The notes under the pieces: generated by a model
The model's input: only the letters and a program-made list of their open reading frames with translations
Told to the model about the DNA's origin: nothing
The model's database searches: none
Program-made: the position numbers and the translations under genes
Source of the DNA: Eledone cirrhosa
Taxonomy: Eukaryota
Assembly: GCA_964016885.1 (NCBI GenBank)
Contig: OZ024741.1
Location: forward strand, 390,228,001 to 390,292,000
Length of the DNA: 64,000 nucleotides
Reading direction: 5' to 3'
In this document: piece by piece, positions 52,302-64,000 of the stretch
How the letters are laid out: the number at the start of each line of letters is the position of its first letter
How positions within the stretch are numbered: position 1 is the first letter of the stretch

Positions 52302-52896
52302 TCTATATATATAAAACAGATGTCTGTCTGTCTGTGTAAATCCCTAAAACTCGAGAAGTACCCGACCGAACTTTTTCAAAATTTACACATGCGTTACTTA
52401 TATTTCTTGAAGTGCAATGGGCTAAAAACATTTTAACCTTTTCTGCCCTAGGGCCCGCATTAGGCGAAAACCCGCATTTTAAAGACATTTTTAGGATTTT
52501 TTGAAGCGTAACTTAAAGATAATCCAGCCGATTTCCTCGAAATTTGCAGCACACATTAGTTAGTCCCCTCGCATTGCGATGGACAAAAAAATTCCGATTC
52601 CATTAATAGTTTCTAGGAAATATACGAATTAGCTTTGGGCATTACATGCCATTTTCATTTTCAATAAGTAACGTATAATATTTCGTTAACAATTTGGTTT
52701 ATTTAACAGAGGACACAACACTTACTTACTTTTAAGCAGGACCATTTTCGGGGGATTGATTCGGACCTGTTGGTGTTCTACGTTTCCAGTAGATGAACAA
52801 TCATTCCCTGAGAATAAGGGAATTCAAAAAGTACACAGTTACATTACTCAATCTTTGTTTATGCGCGTTGCTATTTCACGTCGGGTCCTGCTGCTA

Positions 52897-52897
<1 letters not shown>
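52302..52897 (+). mobile_element. Non-autonomous Helitron
   Basis: A|TCTATATATATAAAA start and cgggtcctgctgCTAG|T end, both resembling the element at 17829-18770. Confidence 0.75.
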
Positions 52898-52949
<52 letters not shown>

Positions 52950-53042
52950 TTTACATATATATAAAGTCATAGATATATATGTGTTTTGCAACAGGTCACG
53001 TTGTGGCTCAATGAAGAATTAATAAATTAAATAATCAGAGCT

Positions 53043-54007
53043 ATATATCATAAAACATGTCTTTAGAATCACTAGATATAATATATACCATTTCCTCTCC
53101 CAATTAGCATAATTAACCATATAAAAAATCAATTAGACCAAGCTATAAGAATAAAGGCTCGTATGAAGAAATCTCCGACAAATAACCGAAAGCAGCCCCT
53201 TCGCGGCGGCTACGATGGAGTATTTATCGAACATTTCGACAGCATGTAGAAATCGACCAGATATACAGTCAACCAAACAATTAGGTGTAAAATCAAACTT
53301 AGAAGAAATGCGTACATACCTAATTACCTCTACCATGGTTTCATCCGTATTTTAAGACATCCGATAACAGGGAATGTCTAGAGCTTCGGAATCTTCAGGA
53401 GTGAACTCAAAATTAGACATTTAATTTTCCAAAGTGATCGCGCCAAAAATACATTCAAAAATGGCTTAGGTTGAGATACAATTTGGCTATATTGGGCTGC
53501 GCTTTCTAGCAATAAGCCTACCCTCCGTAAGCAACTAATCACATCCTTTCTAACTTGACCGCTGCCACGTCACGATTCTTAGCCATTTTTGAATGTATTT
53601 TTGGCGCGATCACTTTGGAAAATTAAATGTCTAATTTTTAGTTCACTCCTGAAGATTCCGAAGCTCTAGACATTCCCTGTTATCGGATGTCTTAAAATAC
53701 GGATGAAACCATGGTAGAGGTAATTAGGTATGTACGCATTTCTTCTAAGTTTGATTTTACACCTAATTGTGTTTAGTTGACTCTATATCTGGTCGATTTC
53801 TACATGCTGTCGAAATGTTCGATAAATACTCCATCGTAGCCGCCGCGAAGGGGCTGCTTTCGGTTATTTGTCGGAGATTTCTTCATACGAGCCTTTATTC
53901 TTATAGCTTGGTCTAATTGATTTTTTATATGGTTAATTATGCTAATTGGGAGAGGAAATGGTATATATTATATCTAGTGATTCTAAAGACATGTTTTATG
54001 ATATATA
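53043..54007. mobile_element. Family C long inverted repeat (~425-bp arms, ~115-bp spacer) with an HHR on each strand
   Basis: Arms 53043-53466 and 53581-54007 are near-identical. ctc-CTGAAGA-ttccg...cggat-GAAA-ccatgg-TA-gag at 53646-53719, mirrored at about 53328-53401. Confidence 0.85.
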
Positions 54008-54799
54008 TATATATGTATAATGAAAAAAAAAAGGTGTGCAAAAAAAAACCGGATGAAACAGAGGACAGTCCCCCCTCAGTCGACTGCTGGAGATACGTGC
54101 TTTGCGTATTTTAAGATCAATACAACTGGCTCCACGACAGCACGTTGATTTAAAGGGAGAAATTTTCTCCGAGCCTCCTGCAGTGTGGGATCCCAACAGC
54201 GACGGCCGTAGCAATTTATTTGTACCTTCAGTTGAGGTTTTTAGTTTTAGGATGGTTAAAAATCTTTGAATTTAATAACTGTATGTATAACTTTTCAATT
54301 CCAAATTAACACATGAGACCTAAATTAGTTGATCTTAAAACACGCAGTGAGAGAGGATTTGTCTACTAATTAATTTGATTATTTCACTATATTACAAATG
54401 TGACGCCCGACTATCTTTCTATTTGGTATGTACAACACAAAGTTGAGGTATTTTCCTCTAGCCATATTATTGCCAAAGTTATATTTTATTGGTTACTAAG
54501 TGTAACTATTACAAATGTGGTGTTACTAAAGTACATACGCCCAGCTGATCGTGTTGGTATTGATTTATTTACTTCAAAGAACACTTAGGTATAGCTGGTT
54601 TTAGTATCATTATAGACCCCCCCCCCCGCTCGATTTCAGTGGGAAATAATTTTTTTCCCCGTTTTCTTTTTTTGTGCCATCAACTAATCTGACCACCAAT
54701 ATACCCGCAATCGACTGTTAGTGATACGATGGTATTCTGTATAGTTTCACTCACAATGTATCACACAGTTGGATCGAATCCGAGAATCTGGTTACGAAG

Positions 54800-55010
54800 C
54801 ATGCTTACATGGTGAATACCTTGACCTTCATTGATTCCGAGATATCTGTAGGCTTCTTCCTGTTTTACTTCCCTAATTACTGTATTCACATCTATTTCCA
54901 TTGAGTTTGTGCTTGTCATTTTGTCTTTCTTTAACGCTACTTTGGCGCATTTTTCCAATCCAAACTCCATCCCCACATCATCACTGAACACCTTAACTGT
55001 CCTGTCCAGC
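54800..55010 (-). mobile_element. R4/Dong-like RT fragment
   Basis: VKVFSDDVGMEFGLEKCAK...YRYLGINE. Confidence 0.8.
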
Positions 55011-55058
55011 ATTATTGGCCTTGTGCCTAAATCAGAAACTATCATCATCAGTACCATC

Positions 55059-55092
<34 letters not shown>

Positions 55093-55964
55093 TCAACGTT
55101 ATCATCATCACCATCGTTGTCTTATTTTTATTGGATGTTGTCACTGCATTACCGAGCATAGCTCTATGCGTTTTGAGTATGCGCAGTGTTGATAGTGTTT
55201 GTTTCTATTGCATTAAGAGTACTCTACGAAATATGTGTTTTGCCATATTGTACTATTTTCTCTATACTGTATACATTTGTAAGTCCTGTGGTTTTCCTTA
55301 TGAATTTGTGTTTTTAAAATCTCAAACAAAAGTATAGCGTTCAAGAAAATGTCTTTGCCATCTCTTTTGCTTTCTCTATCTTCCTGCTTTATGCAATAGC
55401 AGAAGCAGCTAGTCACCTTGTCAGTCGTCCGACCAGCTAACCAAATAGTCAGTCAACTAATCAGCTAATCAGACAGCCAGTCAACCACTCAGCCAGTCAC
55501 CTAGCTACCTGGCCTGCTAGCTAGACAGCCAGCTAGTAAGCCAGGCAGCAAATCTTTGACATGTGCCACCCAAAACCTGTGAAGAAGACGAGTCAGGGTG
55601 GTTATGTGTATGGTAAAAAACGGTCACAGAGTCGCCCCCTTTAGATCCCACCACATGTGATCGAAGAAACACGTCTCCTCATAATAGGCGCGCAGTCGCG
55701 AAAAGTCGAACCCTCCATTGAAATAAACATTTAAAAGGCCTTTGGGTGTGTGTAGCAGCCGTCACCATCGATGGTATGGTATTGAATGATCCCATAATTC
55801 CTGATAAAGTCGTAAGATCGTCATAGTTGCATACGGCATTTTGGGGCATTTGTTAAGTCTTGGCGGAGCTCATCTCCTTCCAGGCCTGAACACAGCAAAT
55901 TTCTTCCAGAGAAAGATTGATAGTGAGAGTATGGAAGTGAGAAAGAGATATAGAGGAAGAATCG

Positions 55965-56095
55965 ACCACAGTACTTGACTGGTACATTTTTATCGACCTC
56001 GAAAGGATGAAAGACTAAGTTGACCTCAGCAGGAGAAAAGAGCCAGAACGAATACTGCAAAGCATTCTATCCGACGTTCGATTCGCCACCGATAT
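55965..56095 (-). mobile_element. Old SINE fragment
   Basis: ctggtacatttttatcgacctcgaaaggatgaaagactaagttgacctc. Confidence 0.65.
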
Positions 56096-56099
56096 CGAG

Positions 56100-56728
56100 G
56101 GTCAAAACTACTTCCTCGATGTCTTTTGGACGAGGAAGAACGAGTCTGGAATGGTAATGGAGCTCTTCATCCAAACCGACCAACAGCCGCCGAGATGATT
56201 GAATTCCCGGGGAGTACCCATCTGGCAATTGTGAAGCAACGGAGAAGGCTGCCGTGTCACACTTGTAGCACCACCACCTACTTAATTTTTTTCTGCCCCC
56301 AAATGGCCACGAAAAGAAAAACATTACTGTTAATGCCTCAACCATGGGGGCCAAAGACACCAGTGGCACCAGTGAGCACGACACCAACAACAACATCAGA
56401 AGCAGCAAAGTGCCAAAATCTTCCGCAACCACGACACAAAAGGGGTGACCAAATCACCTGAAACAGCAGCGGAAGTGACAACTGCTGCACGAGCAGCTTA
56501 CAAAACAGCAACCGTAGCAACAGTAACGTCCACAACAGAACCTCCCCCACTCCCCCCCCCCCCCCGAAAACCCCACAATACTCAAGAACATACCCCTCCT
56601 TCACAACTCCGAGTTTCCAGACATGATCAAATTGTCTTCAAAATGGAGAGGAGACGAAACGAAAGTGAGCAGGAGAAAAATAAAACTCACACGATTATTG
56701 CCAACATCAATTTCACCATCACCAGAAA

Positions 56729-56801
<73 letters not shown>

Positions 56802-59800
56802 GCGATGACAACGACGACGATGACGACCTTTTACTTGTGGAAATACCCACATTTAGCCGGAAGGAATAACCCACCGTTCCTTCCACAAGAATAAGTTTCG
56901 TGGTTCTATTCACTTTCCTCCTCCTTTATCCAACATGGCCTTACTCAGATTAGACAGTATAAACACACATGACACAGAGGCCATCAGCTCCACAATCTCA
57001 GGTCAGTAAATATAGATAAAATAGTTATCAACCAGACCGGACCGCACCAGAATTTCGGAGGCACGTGCCTTCGCACCTATTTTCAGTAACTATGAGGTGT
57101 AAGTATCTCCAAGCCCTCTGCCATCGAGAGGTGTGGTTGCTGTGTGGTTTTGGAAAGGTCTGGACCTCATGATATGGACTATCCTCCTGGAACCAAAAGG
57201 TAAGTTGGTGGTGCTGGACGTGCCAAGTAGCGAAAGACATGCCTTCAGACTAGCGACCGTCTATGCTCCAACAGGGCAAGGGGACAATATTTCTTCAGGC
57301 GTCTGGGGACCTTTCAAGGAACGCCCTGCTCTTCAGTGTTAGAGAGCGATTAGAACGGTATTTTGGATGTACGCTGGGAATGTGTGGAGATAGTAGAGAA
57401 GAACGGTGCAAAAGCGTTACAAAGAATGTGAACCTGGCCAGATCACCCCGAGACATCCAGATTGATTTTAGATAGGGTGCTTTACAGAGCAATAGATAGA
57501 AATGTCATAGGATGTCCATAATTTAAAGTGGTCAACGACGACACAAATCACGAATTCGTGATTTATACGGACGGCCTAGATAGGCTCCATAGGCAGGGAC
57601 TGTCTGTGGTGCTAAACAAGTTGCTCTTGGCGCACAAAGCTTACAGAGACCTATAAACGAATTAGTTAAGCGGCGTTGACGTGCAGCATCGTCAATAATA
57701 AATGGTGGTTTACCTTGTAAAGGGGGGTTAGAGTAGAATTCATAAGGTTTAACAAAGGTCTAGCGATAGAAAAAATAGAGGAAAAGCTAGTCTGGAAGCT
57801 AAAAGAGACATTTAGGCAAGGCATCGCGACCGACCTGCTCGCAGTGAGATTGGACTTCGATTAATTTTTCAATGCGAAACACGAAGGCTACGTTGTCAGA
57901 GTCAGAGCATGTGCTCTGAGACACAATAGGATGAAAGATGTCCGATGGGTCAGAGTGGCAGAGGCATAAAGGGGCAATAAAGCCACGATTCGTTATTTGG
58001 CTGACCACGACAGGCGCGTGCTTCTCGGTTCCGAGCACAAGTGTGGGGCCTTTCACTACTTTCCTCAGCTGTTCGGGATGAATGGCGGGTTTGATCTCAG
58101 AATACATTTCAGTACCTACATCGACGGTCTTCGAAGACTCTCAGCAATGGAGGCGAGGTGTTGTGGAAAAGAAAAGAGATAACCAATGAAATACGGGAAG
58201 CAATAGATGGCTGCTATAGAGCCAGATCACCTGGTTTGGGTAGTCTGCCCTATAAGCTTTACATTTACATGCAAGACGTATTCGGCGATACCTTTTGGGG
58301 ACTCTGCACCAATGGCAGTAGAACGAGCTGACAAAAGACCTGAACAAGAAGGACCACATACATAACTTCAGGCCCATAACTCAAAGTTCAAGATTTTGTT
58401 CAAGGTGTTAGTAAAGTGGTCGGTGTTTGTAGTCATCGGTCTGGTTGCAGAGACGCAGGAATAAGCCATCATAACCGGATCAACCTATGGCAACCTCCAC
58501 CTCCTGTGATATATCGTAGACAGGGTAAGTAAGGGATTAGGCACGGTTGGGATCCTGGTCTATCGTTACCTGGCACCTGTCCCAAAAGCGACCGATTTTG
58601 GCACCATCTTCAGAGGATGGATCACTGCAATGTACAACGACACCTCTCGATTGTTAGAGGGAGTGGCTGTTCACCTACCGGAGCCGTTCAGTACCATGCA
58701 TTAGGATATCTCTTCCCGTCTCTCTTGTACATACTGGCTTTAGATTACTGCAAAGTTAGTAGCGCAGAGGAGCATACCGCGTGATCGCTCTCCGACAGGT
58801 TTGCGGTTGTGCCCTTGGCAGTGGAGACTTCTGGTGTCCTTGGCCCTAGGGCTACCTCCCTACTCACCACCATAGGTGCTGAGCTGGCCAGCCACAGGGA
58901 TGAGCCTCGCGAGATGGAATGGCTCTTCCACCGCATCTCCCTTACCACCCTCCGAGGAAACGCTTTCTCCATTCTGTCCGCTGGGGTTGTGGGACGGCCA
59001 GCACGTGGGACCCCATTTTCTCACTACACAGAGAGATGGGGGCGATAAAAGTGGGAGTTCGGTTCTTTCGTGTTGGGACACATTGCACCTGTCATGAGCA
59101 CATTATAGCAGAACAACCAAAACAAAATATATATTACATTTGAAGCAACAACTTGCTACCTTAAAGACATTGATCATATATGAAGGAGATGCGAGTGAAG
59201 CGTGTTGACATATTTCGATGATGTCACATTAGTTGTGTCGAGAACTAGACACATTGAGGTGATCAGTACCCCTCTAAGGTAGTACGAGGCGATAACGGGA
59301 GCAAACGTTAACCGGAAAAAGTCGTTGAGTCTGTGGCTCGGCACTTGGAGCAGCAGATCCATGCCGTCCTACAGCATCGTTGAGCGCTGGATGGACGGAT
59401 CGGTTAAGTTGTTCGGGGTCTGGTTCAGTCAAGATCTCCATATCAACAAAAACTGGTACGATGTAGTGAGTAGGGTGATGAGTGTTAGTGAGAGGAAACT
59501 ATCTCTGAAAGATCTGGTGGAGGTGGAGAATGTGTACAACTCCTCTGCTTTCTAATATCGGCCAACCATTATGCTTTGCCTCGGTCCATGTCGGACGACA
59601 CTGGAGCGTTTGCTCCTTTGCTTTATGTGGAAGGGATGCATTCCAATGGACCGGTGATCCATTTGTTATCTACTCACGCTTCCTGGATGACTGGCTATGC
59701 GTTGGTTGATGATGCGGAAACGTGCACTGAGGCTGCGACATTTCGAGCGTTTCCTTGACATGTGTTGCGGGGAAAAACGACAACGTTGTTGGGGAGATTC

Positions 59801-60282
59801 GGGGTGTCGAAGACAATCAACTATCCACTTTCTTCTGGAGAACGTTTGGCTCGGATAACTTCCAGAAATCCCTGGTCTGGCAGTGCGACCGAAGAATATT
59901 GCTGGTTCGAGATAGCCTCTACAGGTATGGAAATAGTTTCAACCAAACATCTCTGAGATACTTGAAGGATTAAGAAACCGTCCTGCACGCGCTTGTCAAG
60001 TGTCCTAGTATTGCTGACTTGTGGGTCCAACACCTGCTGACAAATGTAGAACAGACCCAGCTATCAGCTGAGTCCATCGTTAAATCGGCTCACCACCTTC
60101 CTTTAACCGGGGGCAGGAAGTTTTTATCTGCCTGATGGCTATGGCCGTAATTTACTTTTTCAAGTTTCACTTGAAGATGAAAATCAGGCTGGAGAGGGAG
60201 AAGTACTGCCTTCCATCCAGTTTGTTGGGAGGTGGGTGAGGGTGGTGAGCATGACTCGATTGAATGGGTCAGCTTTGAGTGG
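56100..60282 (+). mobile_element. Old, heavily decayed full-length Tx1/L1-like LINE
   Basis: Knuckle remnant CHTCSTTTYLIFFC, APE FRLATVYAP, NFRPIT, YFDDV, NFQKSLVWQC. Colinear with 45700-50405. Confidence 0.8.
58786..59180 (+). mobile_element. CRE-like RLE retrotransposon 3' fragment nested in the Tx1-like copy
   Basis: PLAVETSGVLGPRA..LL..IG...EMEWLFHRISLTTLRGNAFSIL. The host frame resumes near 59180. Confidence 0.72.
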
Positions 60283-60562
60283 GAGGAACTCCATTTTGGC
60301 CGCTTGTATTCGCGATCGTATTCTTTCAGTCATTATCAAAGATTCATGACCATAGGTAAGGGTTGACACTAATACCGAATTGGTGAGTTTGGCTTTTACA
60401 CCTACCTCCCTTCTGATTAATGAATGCTGAAACTGGCGGATTACTGCAACCAGCTTTTGCTATTCTTGCACTTAATTCAGACTTCTGCCTTCCATCACTC
60501 GTGAACACGGCCCCGAGATACTTGAACTTTTCTACCTGCTTCAGTGGAACTCCATTTACATC
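60283..60562 (-). mobile_element. Fragment of the second RTE-like family
   Basis: KQVEKFKYLG, TLTYGHESLIMTERIRSRIQAA. Confidence 0.8.
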
Positions 60563-60730
60563 TATTTATTGCTAATTTTGAAATTACCTGCCCTTGAAGA
60601 ACTCTCGTATATTTTTTCTAATTAAAACTCCATTCAACCGTGGTAGTAGCCATCTTTCTTTATATAACAGGGTGAATGAGTTTTAAGCCAACGAAACTTA
60701 AGCACCTGCATATGTTACTGTTGTAACTAA

Positions 60731-61722
<992 letters not shown>

Positions 61723-62094
61723 ACTCCCCCAAAGGACTGCTGGCCGATGAGAATTCTCTTAAACGAAATTTGCTAGTTATGGATTTATTATTAATCGATG
61801 ACCAGCAGATTCTCTACGGAATTTGAAACAGTATTGTACCAGCTTAGGCATGACATTTTGTACTCCGGCGGATTTTTGTATACTAAACTAGGAGGATACT
61901 GACTGTTTCAATTCACGAAATTATGATTACTTTAACGTGTTCATATGTTAATCTGTCAATACAATAATTACGCTGTTATTTTACGCTTCTGGTTGGCAAT
62001 GTCGTCTTACAATTAATCATATGCGTGTACTCCAAAGGAATTTGTTGAGTAAATTGTAAACAACGAGATCGAAATCACTGGATATCGATCTATA

Positions 62095-62400
62095 TAGATA
62101 TTACCCAAATAATTTTGGTATCACCATTCAAATTCATCCAAGGCTTGGTCCTCGTGCTTATTCCCCCACTACAAAAATCAAATTCGCATCTCTTAACCAC
62201 CCTACGACACAACCATATCAACTCAACTGGCCCTGCCCTCCCTAATATCATATCGAAATACATTGAGACAGAAACAGATCTCATAATATTCAAAAGTTTC
62301 CTGGATAAAGCCACCCCCACGAGATCCCGGATAAACCCCCTACACCCGGATACTTGAGTGGGCTACAGTTGGTAATCGTTGGTAAATAATTATGTTATTT
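62095..62400 (+). mobile_element. CR1-group LINE 3' end remnant
   Basis: LRHNHINSTGPALPNII.KYI..ETDLIIFKSFLDK, then IPDKP in a shifted frame. Confidence 0.6.
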
Positions 62401-62572
62401 ATTCTAAGGAAATCGGTAGAGAGGAAAATATGGAACTTCTTACTGCATCGTAAATCAATTAACTAATTTAATGCAATCTAATCCTTGTTATGTATATATA
62501 TATATATATATATAAATGTAAGTATGTATGTATACGTACATACATATATGTATACAGACGTACAGTAGCATG

Positions 62573-62654
<82 letters not shown>

Positions 62655-62820
62655 CAGGTACACATACATATATGTACGTATCAGTTTAGCGGACGCTTAT
62701 TATAGCGCCCGCTTTGTTCGTTTGTTAACTCACTCGATATGCAAATTAGGCTGCTCAGCCGTTAATTTTCATAAGGAAAGTATATACTTTCGAACGTTCA
62801 ACTATCTGGCAGATGGGTAT

Positions 62821-62863
62821 ACGGTGCTGATGATAGCTAACAAGCTTGAAACTAGTACATCGT
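62821..62863 (+). ncRNA. Minimal type I hammerhead ribozyme
   Basis: acggtg-CTGATGA-t.agct.aaca.agct.t-GAAA-ctag-TA-catcgt. Predicted GUA cleavage after 62857. Confidence 0.85.
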
Positions 62864-63290
62864 TCCTGTGTCAGTGTTGAACAAAAAGGTGACGTGGTTG
62901 CCTTAACACCGTGCGGCATAAATTCAGGCTGTTCAGTTTGTTTACAAACGAACAAAGCGGGCGCTATAATAAGCGTCCGCTAAACTGATACGTACATATA
63001 TGTATGTGTACCTGTATGTATATATATGTATATATATATATATATATATGTGCATGCTACTGTACGTCTGTATACATATATGTATGTACGTATACATATA
63101 TACTTACATTTAAGTAAGTGCCGTACTAAGAGTGAGAAATGAAATTTCGTTTTCATTTTATTACAACTCATCGTTTTCGGTGCGCCTGACCGATTTAACT
63201 CACTCGATATGCAAATTAGGCTGTTCAGCCGTTAATTTTCATAAGGAAAGTATATACTTTCGAACGTTCAACTATCTGGCAGATGGGTAT

Positions 63291-63333
63291 ACGGTGCTGA
63301 TGATAGCTAACAAGCTTGAAACTAGTACATCGT
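63291..63333 (+). ncRNA. Minimal type I hammerhead ribozyme (identical second copy)
   Basis: Same 43-nt sequence. Predicted cleavage after 63327. Confidence 0.85.
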
Positions 63334-63520
63334 TCCTGTGTCAGTGTTGAACAAAAAGGTGACGTGGTTGCCTTAACACCGTGCGGCAAAAATTCAGGCT
63401 GTTCAGTTTGTTTACAAACGAACAAAGCGGGCGCTATAATAAGCGTCCGCTAAACTGATACGTACATATATGTATGTGTACCTGTATGTATATATATGTG
63501 TATATATATATATATATATA

Positions 63521-64000
63521 TTGTTATACTTTGGGAGGGTCATGTTGCCAATAAGAAACACACGCACCAGTTGCTTTCACTTCAATTTAATTTATTATAT
63601 ATTTATAAATTTACAAATTTATAAATTTCTGGTTGGTTGGTTGGTTCCACAACCAGATAGTTGTTTATATATATATAGTCATAGTTCTTTCGTCACACAC
63701 TCTGTGACCTCTTCAGTGACTGGGGATTTCTTTCTTCGTTTCTGTGCCTTTCCTTTCTTCTATCCTACGCCAAACAAAATGGCGTAGGATAGAAGAAAGG
63801 AAAGGCACAGAAACGAAGAAAGAAATCCCCAGTCACTGAAGAGGTCACAGAGTGTGTGACGAAAGAACTATGACTATATATATATAAACAACTATCTGGT
63901 TGTGGAACCAACCAACCAACCAGAAATTTATAAATTTGTAAATTTATAAATATATAATAAATTAAATTGAAGTGAAAGCAACTGGTGCGTGTGTTTCTTA
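63521..64000. mobile_element. Family B palindrome, copy 2 (runs off the window end), HHR on each strand
   Basis: Centre loop 63773-63779. agtca-CTGAAGA-g-gtcaca.gagtg.tgtgac-GAAA-gaac-TA-tgact at 63831-63875 and its mirror. Confidence 0.87.

Larger units (their letters stand above)
62510..63500 (+). mobile_element. Family D non-coding element: inverted 5' piece plus a 470-bp partial tandem repeat with two intact HHRs
   Basis: 62510-62725 is the reverse complement of 62944-63112. 62725-63030 is repeated at 63196-63500. Confidence 0.85.

Noticed and set aside
62737-62746. ATGCAAAT octamer in the family D unit
   Set aside because: A single 8-mer with no identifiable PSE; chance is plausible

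Overview
Eukaryotic, AT-rich, repeat-saturated DNA with no confidently identifiable host gene. The SINE families, zinc-finger RTE LINEs and very dense microsatellites suggest an octopus/cephalopod genome (inference). Contents: RTE, Tx1/L1-like, R4/Dong, HERO-like, CRE-like and CR1 LINE fragments; about a dozen tRNA-derived SINEs; two non-autonomous Helitrons; a solo LTR; two Penelope GIY-YIG remnants. The most interesting layer is non-coding. At least six unrelated short element families, mostly in (TA)n tracts, carry hammerhead ribozyme (HHR) motifs and form palindromes or partial tandem repeats. These include a 470-nt tandem unit with two intact minimal HHRs (retrozyme-like) and a five-copy family that folds back inside HHR stem II. 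An RTE LINE also shows the geometry of a twin-priming 5' inversion. All calls are by eye and boundaries are approximate.
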